DNA of 64,000 nt from a virus: the IMG/VR virus record IMGVR_UViG_3300018432_000001, positions 78,478 through 142,477 of that record. The stretch is one strand, 5' to 3'. The translations under genes were made by a program, and so were the position numbers. Positions 38,378 through 47,454 of the stretch are shown here, piece by piece. The notes under the pieces are model-generated. The model searched no databases. It was given only the letters and a program-made list of their open reading frames with translations, and had not been told where the DNA came from. Positions within the stretch are counted from its first letter, which is position 1. The number at the start of each line of letters is the position of its first letter.

Positions 38378-39607
38378 GTGACCACCGCTGGTTTCACCAT
38401 CGGTCTCCACGACTCCTGGGGCACATTCGCGGAACTCTTCGTCCGCTACCCCCGGCCCTTCGCGCGGATGAAGCTCACCGCCGATGAGACCGCCATCATC
38501 ATCCAGATGCTCTCGCACAAACGCGACCACCGCGTCAACGTCGAGTACCTCCGCGCCAACATCGAGGGCCTCTCACGCGACAAGTGCTACGCCGCCCTCA
38601 AGCGCCTCGCCGAACGCGGCATCCTCGACCGCAAACGCCTCCAGGACGACAAGGGCGTCTTCACCGGCATGCACTACGAACTGCTGCCCCCACCGGAATA
38701 CCTCACCATCGCCAAGGCCCTCGCCGCCGGTGAAGACACCGCAGACGCGAACCCACTTCCTGAAACCCAGGAAATGGACAAACCTCCCGTTTCTCCTCCA
38801 CTTCCTGAAATCAAGGAAGTGGACGCCACCTGCGAAAACACCCCTGAAGTCGAACAAAACCCCAGCTCAGATCCACTTCCTGACCATCCAGATATGGCTC
38901 ATCCAGATATGGCTGAGCCGACACAAAGAGAGAGTATTAAGAAGGAGATTAAAAAAGAAGAAGAACAAGATCTCTCTCTCTCAGACCGTGACGCGCGCGC
39001 GCCCGAGACAGAGAACGAGGAACCGGACAACAGCGGCACCCCCCCGCACGGCGGCCACCTCCTCACCGCCCGCCAAATTCTCAACGCCGTCGTCGACCGC
39101 GCCGTCGCCGCCAAGCTCGGTACCGAACAACGCGAGCACGTCATCGGCCTCGTCGCCGACCTGCTTTCGGCCGGATGGACCAGCGCGGCCCTGCGCGTCC
39201 GCTTGGACGGCAAGGTCACCACCGGCGCTTATGACCCCTACGCCATCTTCTGCCAGTACCTCAAGTCACTCGCCGCTCAGACCCCGCAGGACATCACCGC
39301 TCCAGCGAGGGACCCCTGGGGCACCGGCAGTGCGCAAACGCCCTCCCAGGACGACGCTGGGGGCGCTCCTGGTACCCGCCTGCTGCCCGACGGCAGCAGG
39401 GATATCCGTTACTCCTCCTGCGGCGGACGTGACTGCACCGGCGGCTCTGGAGCCGGGCGCGGCATCGGCACCTACCGCCGCCGCATCGACCCCGAAGACG
39501 GCTCCACCAAGCAGTACTGCGACACCCTCGTGCCCCTGAGGAGCGGCGGCGGCACCACCACATGCCACCCCGACGCGCGCCGGAGGCACGGTGACGCCGC
39601 TGCCTGA
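38378..39607 (+). CDS. Replication initiator protein (N-terminal winged HTH, lambda-O-like organisation)
   Basis: LTADE....QMLSH...EGLSRDKCYAALKRLAERG; low-complexity linker containing iterons; AAGGA RBS. Confidence 0.75.
   Translation: MTTAGFTIGLHDSWGTFAELFVRYPRPFARMKLTADETAIIIQMLSHKRDHRVNVEYLRANIEGLSRDKCYAALKRLAERGILDRKRLQDDKGVFTGMHYELLPPPEYLTIAKALAAGEDTADANPLPETQEMDKPPVSPPLPEIKEVDATCENTPEVEQNPSSDPLPDHPDMAHPDMAEPTQRESIKKEIKKEEEQDLSLSDRDARAPETENEEPDNSGTPPHGGHLLTARQILNAVVDRAVAAKLGTEQREHVIGLVADLLSAGWTSAALRVRLDGKVTTGAYDPYAIFCQYLKSLAAQTPQDITAPARDPWGTGSAQTPSQDDAGGAPGTRLLPDGSRDIRYSSCGGRDCTGGSGAGRGIGTYRRRIDPEDGSTKQYCDTLVPLRSGGGTTTCHPDARRRHGDAAA
38753..38975. repeat. Candidate replication origin inside rep
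   Basis: CCACTTCCTGA at 38753, 38798 and 38873, the first two with inverted partners; CATCCAGATATGGCT x2 at 38885 and 38900; then an A-rich tract. Confidence 0.7.
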
Positions 39608-39736
39608 TTGCTGCCAGCCGCGAAGCGGCGCTCCTTGACCGGAGCGCCGCAAAATGAATCCGCCTACCTTTCATATGCTGTACCCTCGCGTAAAGGTATT
39701 CGTGTTTGTGTGAGCGGTGAAAGGAAGGCGGCGAAG

Positions 39737-40000
39737 GTGAAGTTCTATCTGTGCACCAGCAGTACGGGGCGGTATCAGTCGCACGTGTCGGTGGGGCCTG
39801 ATCCGTTGGGGCAGTACTGGCCTGTGTGTTGTGTGGAGCGTCCGTTGAATGTGGTGTTGGGGGAGGGGTCGTTTGCTGCGTTGCGGGTGGATGCGGAGTG
39901 CAATCAGTGTCGGTCGGTGATGCGTGAGTATGGGAACTGGCGGTGGCGATGGGAGTCGAATATGCGGAAGTGGGGGCAAACGTGGCAGGCCCGGCGCTGA
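39737..40000 (+). CDS. Small Cys-containing hypothetical protein
   Basis: VKFYLC...H...VCC...CNQC. Confidence 0.45.
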   Translation: MKFYLCTSSTGRYQSHVSVGPDPLGQYWPVCCVERPLNVVLGEGSFAALRVDAECNQCRSVMREYGNWRWRWESNMRKWGQTWQARR

Positions 40001-40116
40001 ACATCAGCGCCGGGCCTGCTGTGGGTGGTTAGGCTGTGGGGGCATCTGTCTGATGCCACACGGTCCCCTGTGTGGAAGGCCCGGCGTTCTGGGGTAGGCG
40101 CCGGGCCTTCGTTGTG

Positions 40117-41325
40117 TCAGGCGGCTTGGGCGATGTGGGTGTGAGCGGTGGCTTTGAGTTTGGCGATGCGGTGGGAGTTGATGCCTTCGAGGTGGGGGAG
40201 GACGCGCTGCCAGGTGGCGATGGCGTCGGTGAGTCGTCCTTGGTCGTATTGGGCTTGGGCGACGCGGGCGAGGGTGATGGCCCAGATGCGGGGGTTGGTG
40301 TCGCGGTTCCACAGTTCGAGGCCGTCGCGTGCTTTTTCTTCGGCTCCGGCGTGGTCGCCGAGGGCTTTGAGGGTGACGCCGATCTGGTTGTGGACGCGGG
40401 CGAGGAGGGGTCCTCCGGCGGGCCCGTTGGGGGCGGCCCAGCGGGGTGGGGTGTCGGGGGTGCGGTTGATGTGTTGTTCGGTGATGGTGATGGCGGTTTG
40501 GGCTTGGCGGTGGTTGCCTGCGGCGGCGTGGGCTCGGGCGGCGGTGATGGTGAAGAGGGCTTCGGTGTAGGGGTCGACGCGGCCTTTAGCGAGTCGGCAG
40601 GCTTCTTCGGCGAGGTCGATGTGTTCGGCGCCGTGGCCGAGGGCGAAGGCTTGGTGGCATTTGATGCGCATGACCCAGGCGGTGTGGGCGTGTGGGTCGG
40701 CGATGCGGGCGAGGTTGAGGGCGTTGTCGAAGTAGTGCTGGGCGGCGCCGTCGCGGCCGACGTCGTGGGATTTCCATCCGGCGAGGTAGACGGCTTCGGC
40801 GGCGGCGCCGAACATGTTGCGGCGGATGGTGTCGTTGGTGAAGGTGCCTTCCAGGAGTGGGGGGAGTTCGGTGGCGCAGAATTCGGCGACGGTGCTGCGG
40901 CCGAAGTTGCCGCCGAAGCGTTCGTCGAGGTCGGCGAGGGAGGTGACCCATTGGCGGACGCTGTCGACGTCGGTGGTGCCGACGTGGAGGTGTTTGGCGA
41001 TGGGGGTGGTGGCGGCGGGGATGGTGATTCCGGCGGCGATGTAGGCGGCGTTTCTGAAGAAGCCTCGGCGGTCCACGTCAGACCTTCCTAGTGTGGCGAG
41101 TAGGGCTACGGGGTCGCCTGTGGTGTCAAGCGTGATGAGGGTTTCGGCGACGCTCTCATATTTCTCTATCAGGCCTGGGGGCGGTGGGGTGCGGCCGGTC
41201 TCGTAGTAGGAGAGGGCGACGTGGCTGTAGGGGGCGTCGCGTTTGGCCAGCTCGTTGGCCATGGCGCGGAGGCTGAGTTGGGCCGACGCGCGGATACGAC
41301 GAAGGATGGCGGGGGAATCTTCCAT
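40117..41325 (-). CDS. XRE-HTH regulator with a TPR-like (NsdA-like) C-terminal region
   Basis: LRRIR...LSLRAMA...LSYYETG; VDRRGF, LDERFGG, LAGW..HD.G...AQHY. Confidence 0.8.
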   Translation of the reverse strand: MEDSPAILRRIRASAQLSLRAMANELAKRDAPYSHVALSYYETGRTPPPPGLIEKYESVAETLITLDTTGDPVALLATLGRSDVDRRGFFRNAAYIAAGITIPAATTPIAKHLHVGTTDVDSVRQWVTSLADLDERFGGNFGRSTVAEFCATELPPLLEGTFTNDTIRRNMFGAAAEAVYLAGWKSHDVGRDGAAQHYFDNALNLARIADPHAHTAWVMRIKCHQAFALGHGAEHIDLAEEACRLAKGRVDPYTEALFTITAARAHAAAGNHRQAQTAITITEQHINRTPDTPPRWAAPNGPAGGPLLARVHNQIGVTLKALGDHAGAEEKARDGLELWNRDTNPRIWAITLARVAQAQYDQGRLTDAIATWQRVLPHLEGINSHRIAKLKATAHTHIAQAA

Positions 41326-41814
41326 GGGCTGTGAACACCTTGTTAACGGGGAAGGGCTTCCGCTGGGGAAAGGGTGTGATCCAGACTAACACTCACGACT
41401 GGCTGTTCCGGCCTGGTCGCTTTAAGCCAATGGTGCTGCTCACCGTTGGGCCGGGCCGTGCGTCTCCCCCGTGAAAGGCACGGCCCGGCTGTCCGCCCGA
41501 CCCAGTCTCATCCGTTTCCCGTGGAGAGGAAGGCCCCGGCATGGCCAGTGTAGAGCCCGTGATGGTGTCGGCGTTGGAGCCGCACGCGTTCGCGCAGTGG
41601 TCGTTGGTGTTCAACCAGCAGACCGAGGATCGCGGGGAGATGTCGATGCTGTCGACGTGCCATGAGGGGACGCATGGGATCTGGATGTTGAATGCTCAGG
41701 TGGGGCGGGCGTGGCCGGTGGCGTGGCCGTCCGTTCGGGGGAGTTTGCTGGCCGACATGAAGTTCATCGTCCCTCCTGGGGGTACTGGCGGTTACTCTGC
41801 GTTTTGGAGGAGCT

Positions 41815-41880
41815 ATGTGCGTGCGATGTTCTATCCGCGTCTGCTGGATCATCTGCCCGCCTGCAGGGCACGAGGAGTGA
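41815..41880 (+). CDS. 21-aa Cys-rich micropeptide
   Basis: GGAGGAG RBS; MCVRCSIRVCWIICPPAGHEE; stop abuts the next RBS. Confidence 0.4.
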   Translation: MCVRCSIRVCWIICPPAGHEE

Positions 41881-41891
41881 AGGAGAATGCG

Positions 41892-42161
41892 ATGCCGAGT
41901 ATTTCGACGGTGGGGACGTTCGAGTTCGGCGGCCATGTGTATGCGGTGGAGTGGCATCCAGATGAGATCCGGGTGACCGATGCCGACGGCCAGGACGTGG
42001 CGTTCATGTCACTGAGTCGGGATCTGCAGGTGGGGGAGGCGGTGCCAGCGCGGTCGGCGCCGTCGACGTTGCTGGACCGGCTGCGTCAGGGTGCGGTCGA
42101 GGTGTTGCGGTCGGCGGCGGGGCACGATCGTGGGCCTTGGAGGCTGTCGAAGACGGCGTGA
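41892..42161 (+). CDS. Hypothetical protein
   Basis: AAGGAG RBS before MPSISTVG. Confidence 0.55.
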   Translation: MPSISTVGTFEFGGHVYAVEWHPDEIRVTDADGQDVAFMSLSRDLQVGEAVPARSAPSTLLDRLRQGAVEVLRSAAGHDRGPWRLSKTA

Positions 42162-42212
42162 GGTGACGAGTGGGTTCCTCATTTCGGGGGTGCTGCCGGG
42201 TAGGCTCACGCC

Positions 42213-43145
42213 ATGAATACGCACAAATGCGAAATTAACGCCCAAATGGTGCATTCATGTCGGGTGCTGCTCGGTGCCCGCGCCGCCGGGTACCCCGACA
42301 CCCCTGACAACTTCGACGCCCAGCACCTGGCCCACGGCCGCCGCATCAAACGCAGCCTCGACCTCGCCCACGCCTTCGCCACCCCCCGCCAGCTTCCCTT
42401 CGAGGACCGGCACGTGCACCTGTGGGCCCGGGGCCACCGTGCCGGGCGCGTGGTCCACAACTGGAAGCCCGTGGTCCGCTGGAAAGACGCCGAGACGCCC
42501 GCCGCCCGCGAGCGCTTCCGTCTCGCCGCCCGGCGCGTGCACCTCCTCGACCGCCAGGTGGCGATCATCCTCCACCACGAACCGGAGAACGACCTGGGCC
42601 AGCGCGGGGTCCGCAAGATCGCGGCCGGGACTCCCGAGGAGTACCGGCGCATGTGGGCCATCGTCCGGGAGGTGTTCGCCCAGGAGGGGGCCGACGACGT
42701 TGCCTGGGGCATGGCGTACATGAACTACCCGAAGTGGGACTACGCCGTCGCGGACCTCTACCCCGGTGACGAGCTGGTCGACTGGGTCTGGTGCAACGCG
42801 TACGGGTCCCCCGAGCGGCCGGATCTGGCCGAGAACCTCGCGCACTTCGCGAATCTGATGCGCGCCTTCGGCATCGGTGAGGGAAAGCCGTGGGGGGTTG
42901 CGGAGTGGAGCACTCCGGGGTTGCCCCTCGACCTGGCGGCCGACTACTTCGAGCAGGCGCGAGCGTTCCTCGACACGCCCGACGCCGATGCGTTCAAGGC
43001 GTGGATGGTGTTCGACTCGCCTGGAGCGGAAAACCGGTCGGACCTGCGGTTGGGTTTCGACGCTCAGGGGGACCGGGTGGAGGACAAGCTGGAGGCCTAT
43101 CAGCGGTTCACGCGCCACCGGCGGTTCCAGTGCGCCGGGCGGTAA
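42213..43145 (+). CDS. Glycoside hydrolase, GH26-like
   Basis: HHEPE (acid/base), YPGDELVDWV, KPWGVAEW (nucleophile); TAGGCT-6nt-ATG. Confidence 0.75.
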   Translation: MNTHKCEINAQMVHSCRVLLGARAAGYPDTPDNFDAQHLAHGRRIKRSLDLAHAFATPRQLPFEDRHVHLWARGHRAGRVVHNWKPVVRWKDAETPAARERFRLAARRVHLLDRQVAIILHHEPENDLGQRGVRKIAAGTPEEYRRMWAIVREVFAQEGADDVAWGMAYMNYPKWDYAVADLYPGDELVDWVWCNAYGSPERPDLAENLAHFANLMRAFGIGEGKPWGVAEWSTPGLPLDLAADYFEQARAFLDTPDADAFKAWMVFDSPGAENRSDLRLGFDAQGDRVEDKLEAYQRFTRHRRFQCAGR

Positions 43146-43275
43146 CATCAACACACATCCGATTCACTGAAGTTGCAGGGAATGGGGTTACCGAAGAAGC
43201 TCTGCAGGCGTTGAACTGTCGAGTGTTGCAAGATCGCTCCGGGGCCGCCACTGCCGCTGGCGGCCCCATCAACGT

Positions 43276-43680
43276 CTACCGCGTGCCGCCCAGCTCGCCG
43301 AGTTCACCGAGGATGTCACCGGTGATTCCCGGGCTCGGGCCGACGTAGTTCAGGCACACGCAGAGCACGGTGTGGTATCCGGTGATCGTTCCTTCGTCGT
43401 TCCACTGGTTGGGCTGCTGGAGCGGTTTGATGCAGGCGCCGCTGCGGTCGTGGAAGTTCGCGCCGTGCCCGCACTCGCAGATCGGCCGCTTCGCGTTCAG
43501 CCGGGCCTGTTCGAGTTCGAGCTTCTTCTTCTCCAACTCGAAGGCGCGCTTGAGCTGCGCCGCTTTGAGCTCGTGGCGGCCTTTGAACCGGGCGCCGGTG
43601 GAGGGACCCAGGATCATGGCCAGCACGACGATAGTTCAGAAGAAGCCTTCGGAGAAGATCGCGTCGATCAGCGGTTCCAC
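43276..43680 (-). pseudogene. Membrane-anchored protein with an in-frame TGA at codon 15
   Basis: GGAGG-GTG MEPLIDAIFSEGFF*TIVVLAMILGP...CECGH..FH...C. Confidence 0.55.
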
Positions 43681-43770
43681 GGTCGGCCTCCGGGGGAGTG
43701 AGGTGTCATAATCATCTTTCTCGGGAGGGTGAGGGCCGCGCGGGTGAGGACACGGCCGCGCGGCCCGACA

Positions 43771-44304
43771 TCAGGATTCGACGCTGGCCGCTTCAGCAGC
43801 TTCCAGCTCCGCGATCTTAGCCTTGGCAAGCTTCTCGTTCTCCACCATGGCGTCCCACGCGGACAGCAGCTTCTCGCCGTCCAGCGCCTTCGGCTCGTAG
43901 GTGCGCAGATTGAAGCCGGTCAGGACGACCGGCCCGAACACCGGGGTGCCGTGCTGGAAGGGGGTGCGCGTCTCGTTCGCGATCAGCATGGCCGCGACCG
44001 CGTTGAACCGCTCGGGGTCGGCGCGGTGGTAGTCGGCGGTGTTGCAGAAGTACGCGTGCCCGCTGGCGCGGAACTTGAAGACCGTGTCGGCGTCGCCGCC
44101 GGTGACCTTGTCGAAGAACGCGAACCAGTCCCGGTGGTCGTCGCCCAGGCCGACCTTGTCGCAGTCGTAGAGGGTGACGTGCCGTTCCAAGTCGATGACC
44201 ATGATCGGGCGCGCAACGACCGCGAGGGTGTCGCGGAAGACGGGGTCGTCGATGGCCACCTGGCGCGTCGGCTCGGTCGCGGGGATTTCGGGGGTCTCAG
44301 ACAT
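43771..44304 (-). CDS. Hypothetical protein
   Basis: MSETPEI; FNAVA and VFGPVVLTG motifs. Confidence 0.6.
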   Translation of the reverse strand: MSETPEIPATEPTRQVAIDDPVFRDTLAVVARPIMVIDLERHVTLYDCDKVGLGDDHRDWFAFFDKVTGGDADTVFKFRASGHAYFCNTADYHRADPERFNAVAAMLIANETRTPFQHGTPVFGPVVLTGFNLRTYEPKALDGEKLLSAWDAMVENEKLAKAKIAELEAAEAASVES

Positions 44305-45817
44305 GGTCGCCTGCTTTCTTGAGTTCACGTTGGTACCAGCGTTGCAGCTGGTCTTCGGTCGCCTCACCGGCGAGGTAGTCGTCGATCCAGGCGATGGCCT
44401 GGTCGTCGAGGTGCTGCTGGGCGCGGGTGACCGCGACGTAGCACAGCTGCAGCAAGGCGGGGTCCATCGGACGCAGCTTCCCTTCGCCGTCCAGTGACGG
44501 TTCGGGGAAGTCGGCGCCGATCTTGACCCGAGGGTACTGCAGGCCCTTGGCGCCGTGCCCGGTCATGACCGTCAGATCGACCGGTCCCTTGTCGGTGTCC
44601 TTGAACTGCTTGGCGATCTTCAGCAGCTGGGCGGCACCCCACTTCTCGACCAGGCGCACGAACACGGCCAGTTCACCGGCGGTCGGGTCGGACTCGACGT
44701 AGTGCAGCACCTCCCGCCAGGAGCCGAACGTCGCCAGCTCGGGGTAGTCGCATTGCAGTCCGGCCTGCAGGTCCAGGGCCGCTTTGCACATCTTCTTGAT
44801 GTTGTCCGACACCCGCTTGGCCATGCCGACACGCCGCCCGGCCACCAGCGCCGTGTGGGCGGCCTCGACGGCACCGGAGTTGGTGCGGCACAGGATGACG
44901 TCGGGCTCATGCAGGGGGCCGACCGTTCCACCGTCGCCTCGGCCCCTCAGGCGCAGGTCGCAGTCGAGGGCGGCCAGCCACTGGTTGGCGCGGTCGGCGA
45001 TGGCCGGACCGAACCGGAACGATTCGGTGAGGCTCAGGCGCTGGTCGGCGGGCCACTTCGCGAGCGCGTCCTGGGCACCGCGCCAGGCGTACAGGGTCTG
45101 GTTGACGTCGCCGACGGCGATGAGTTGGCACTGCTGGCGGGTGAGGACGTCGAGCATGAGCGCGTCGATGTCCTGCCCTTCGTCGAGCATGATGAAGTTG
45201 ACCTTGAGCTTGGGGTTCTTCAGTGCCCACATCTTCCGGTAGTGATCGTGGGTGAATTCGGCGCGGTCGGAGTGGGGGTCTTGCAGGTCGGTCCACATGG
45301 CTTTCGCGAACGGCAGCACGTGCGCTTTCAGCGCCTTGTGGGCGTCGGGGTCGATGCCCTCGACGGGGCCCACGTGCCAGGCGGTCAGCTCGCGGTCGGC
45401 CGAGCGCGCGAAGCGCTGCACCGCGAGCTTGGCGAGGATGGCGACGCCGATGGAGGTGATGGTGCGGTCGGGGGCCGGGGCGAACGGTTTCGTGCCGAAC
45501 GCGTCGGCCAGCTGTGCGCCGTTGCGCCCGGTGTCCCGGCCGCTCCAGCGGCGCGCGTAGTGGCGGCCGACGTCCATGGCCACGCTGTGGCTGGTGTGGC
45601 ATTCGACGGTGCCGGGGAAGTGTTGCTTCGCGTCGGCGCGGTTGTTCTTGCCGAACGCGATGTACAGGCCCATCTTCAGGCGCCGCTCTTTGGCTTGGGC
45701 GCCCAGCAGCAGTGTCGCGGTTTTACCGGTTCCGGCCAGGGCCTGCACGGCGACGTTCTTGCCTTCCTCGATCGCGGTGACGATCCGGTCCTGCTCATCG
45801 GTGGGCGTGAAGGTCAT
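44297..45817 (-). CDS. UvrD/REP-like SF1 helicase
   Basis: ALAGTGKT, LDEGQD, VGDVNQTLYAWRGA, LTESFRF, H.AKGLQ, YVAVTRA. Confidence 0.9.
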   Translation of the reverse strand: MTFTPTDEQDRIVTAIEEGKNVAVQALAGTGKTATLLLGAQAKERRLKMGLYIAFGKNNRADAKQHFPGTVECHTSHSVAMDVGRHYARRWSGRDTGRNGAQLADAFGTKPFAPAPDRTITSIGVAILAKLAVQRFARSADRELTAWHVGPVEGIDPDAHKALKAHVLPFAKAMWTDLQDPHSDRAEFTHDHYRKMWALKNPKLKVNFIMLDEGQDIDALMLDVLTRQQCQLIAVGDVNQTLYAWRGAQDALAKWPADQRLSLTESFRFGPAIADRANQWLAALDCDLRLRGRGDGGTVGPLHEPDVILCRTNSGAVEAAHTALVAGRRVGMAKRVSDNIKKMCKAALDLQAGLQCDYPELATFGSWREVLHYVESDPTAGELAVFVRLVEKWGAAQLLKIAKQFKDTDKGPVDLTVMTGHGAKGLQYPRVKIGADFPEPSLDGEGKLRPMDPALLQLCYVAVTRAQQHLDDQAIAWIDDYLAGEATEDQLQRWYQRELKKAGDHV

Positions 45818-46259
45818 CGGCTCCCTTTCTGCGGGCGGCGCGGCGCATTGACTGCTGCTGACATTGCAGCCGGTAGCGCAGCACCTGCAAGTCGGTGTAG
45901 GCCAGCTGGAGACGGTGCGTCGAGGGCGCCCACGCGCACCAGCGTTCAGCGCGCAGGTGCACGTGGGTGGCGTCGTGACGCGCGGACAGGCCCGAGCTGA
46001 TACCGAAGAGGTAGCCGTTCTCGGGGCTGAACTGCCACACGCTGCAGAACCAGCGGGTGGCGTCGCGCAGGACGGCCAGGATCGGTGCGACCTCGGCGCG
46101 TTCGATCGACCAGGCGGCGCCGGTGCGCCGGAAGCGGTGCTCGGGCGTGCCGTCGGCCCCCAGGGGGGCGTGCAGAATGAAACTGGCGGGGCGCATTTCG
46201 GCGCTCCAGCCGCCCATGTCCGGCTTCGGGTCGATCATGGTTCCTTGTCGTGGCCTCAT
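45795..46259 (-). CDS. Hypothetical protein
   Basis: ORF between the tRNA array and the helicase. Confidence 0.5.
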   Translation of the reverse strand: MRPRQGTMIDPKPDMGGWSAEMRPASFILHAPLGADGTPEHRFRRTGAAWSIERAEVAPILAVLRDATRWFCSVWQFSPENGYLFGISSGLSARHDATHVHLRAERWCAWAPSTHRLQLAYTDLQVLRYRLQCQQQSMRRAARRKGADDLHAHR

Positions 46260-46359
46260 GTGAATAGTTCAGCGTAGACCTACCCGGCAGCGAATGCGCG
46301 TTCGACTCGCTACCGAATGTGAGGATCGTTAGCGGCCAGCATAGCGGCCCACGGGGGAC

Positions 46360-46398
46360 AAGGAAAGGGCCCCGGAGACACCCCCACCTCCGAGGCCC
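46360..46398 (-). terminator. Terminator of the tRNA array
   Basis: GGGCCTCGGAG / CTCCGGGGCCC followed by TTTCCTT. Confidence 0.65.
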
Positions 46399-46401
46399 AC
46401 G

Positions 46402-46475
46402 TCGGGCTGACAGGATTCGAACCTGCGACCCCCCGCTCCCAAAGCGGGTGCGCTACCAAACTGCGCCACAGCCCG
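46402..46475 (-). tRNA. tRNA-Pro(TGG)
   Basis: CGGGCTG acceptor, CCCGC-TTTGGGA-GCGGG, GTTCGAATC. Confidence 0.92.
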
Positions 46476-46516
46476 GAAGGCGCCAGCGTGCGGGCGCTGG
46501 CGCCGGTCCCTGCGAG

Positions 46517-46587
46517 AGCCCTCGCGGGGAATCGAACTCCGGTCGCTCGCTTACGAGGCGAGTGCTCTGCCACTGAGCTACAAGGGC
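46517..46587 (-). tRNA. tRNA-Thr(CGT)
   Basis: GCCCTTG acceptor, CTCGC-CTCGTAA-GCGAG; one T-stem mismatch. Confidence 0.85.
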
Positions 46588-46588
46588 G

Positions 46589-46661
46589 AGCGGCAACCGG
46601 GGATCGAACCCGAGACCTTCTGGTTGGAAGCCAGACGCTCTACCAGCTGAGCTACTGCCGC
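46589..46661 (-). tRNA. tRNA-Gly(TCC)
   Basis: GCGGCAG acceptor, TCTGG-CTTCCAA-CCAGA, U73. Confidence 0.92.
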
Positions 46662-46662
46662 G

Positions 46663-46735
46663 TGCCCAAGGCAGGATTCGAACCTGCAACCTTCCGGTCC
46701 GGAACCGGATGCTCTGTCCGTTGAGCTACCTGGGC
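46663..46735 (-). tRNA. tRNA-Arg(CCG)
   Basis: GCCCAGG acceptor, TCCGG-TTCCGGA-CCGGA. Confidence 0.92.
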
Positions 46736-46740
46736 ATTGT

Positions 46741-46818
46741 GTACAGCAGTTCCGGCTGCTGCACTGCTTCCCTTTCACGCCCTACCGCCGGAGCAGCTTT
46801 GCGGCAGTACCGCTGTGC
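46741..46818 (-). ncRNA. tRNA-sized structured RNA inside the array (candidate)
   Basis: Terminal stem GCACAGCGGT/ACTGCTGTAC with internal hairpins. Confidence 0.35.
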
Positions 46819-46838
46819 GAGCCCAAGGAGCCGGGCCG

Positions 46839-46912
46839 TACCCAGGGTGGGACTTGAACCCACACTGTGCGGTGTTTGAAGCCGCTGCCTCTGCCGATTG
46901 GGCTACCCGGGC
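46839..46912 (-). tRNA. tRNA-Leu(CAA), short variable loop
   Basis: GCCCGGG-TAGCCCAATCGGCAGAGGC; GCGGC-TTCAAAC-ACCGC with a C31-A39 mismatch. Confidence 0.85.
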
Positions 46913-46958
46913 GTGTTCCTCTACTGTCACCGTCACCCTACGCGATGCGGCGGTGGTG

Positions 46959-47030
46959 TGCTCAGGGAGGGATTTGAACCCCCAACCCTCGGTATGTGAC
47001 ACCGATGCGCTGCCATTGCGCCACCCGAGC
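46959..47030 (-). tRNA. tRNA-Val(CAC)
   Basis: GCTCGGG acceptor, TCGGT-GTCACAT-ACCGA. Confidence 0.88.
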
Positions 47031-47097
47031 CGGTCGCGGCCGGTCGCGCGCCGCCTGCTCACCATACCGCTCGTGGGTGCCAGCACCAACAGGTTTT

Positions 47098-47130
47098 TGG
47101 TGGGGCGCAACGGGTCGAAGGTTGCGCCCC
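47098..47130 (-). ncRNA. tRNA minihelix-like element ending in ACCA (candidate)
   Basis: GGGGCGCAAC-CTTCGACCC-GTTGCGCCCC-ACCA. Confidence 0.45.
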
Positions 47131-47172
47131 GGATAGAGAAAGGCGATCCCACTGTAGCAGCAGGAAGCGCCG

Positions 47173-47454
47173 CTACAGCCGCTGCTGTTGCTGCTGTTGC
47201 TGCGCGATGAGCGCGGTGTTCGCGGCGGTGTTCTTCAGGTTGATGTCCTGGTTGGCCTCGCGCACCAGGCGGCTCATGCGGAACATGTCGACGAACCACA
47301 GGATGAACAGGCCGCCGAAGGAGACGCTGTACTTCACGCCGCGCGACGTGTCGCCCAGGTAGTAGTGGTGGGCGCCGACCCAGCCGAGAGTCCAGTACCA
47401 CAGGTAGGCGCGGCCAAGGGTCTTGTTCTTCTGGTAGCCGTGAACGGGGGGCAT
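47173..47454 (-). CDS. TM2-domain membrane protein
   Basis: AYLW..LGWVGAHHYYLG...FGGLFILWFVD; AAGGAG RBS; poly-Q tail. Confidence 0.8.
   Translation of the reverse strand: MPPVHGYQKNKTLGRAYLWYWTLGWVGAHHYYLGDTSRGVKYSVSFGGLFILWFVDMFRMSRLVREANQDINLKNTAANTALIAQQQQQQQRL

Noticed and set aside
46760-46790. SRP-RNA-like AGG..GAAA..AGCAG motif, or a tRNA-associated HDV-like ribozyme
   Set aside because: The stem around GAAA does not pair, and an HDV nested pseudoknot could not be built
46839-46912. Reading the tRNA loop CTTCAAA as a UCA (Sec/opal suppressor) anticodon
   Set aside because: The stem register GCGG/CCGC centres CAA, and the body matches short-arm actinobacterial tRNA-Leu
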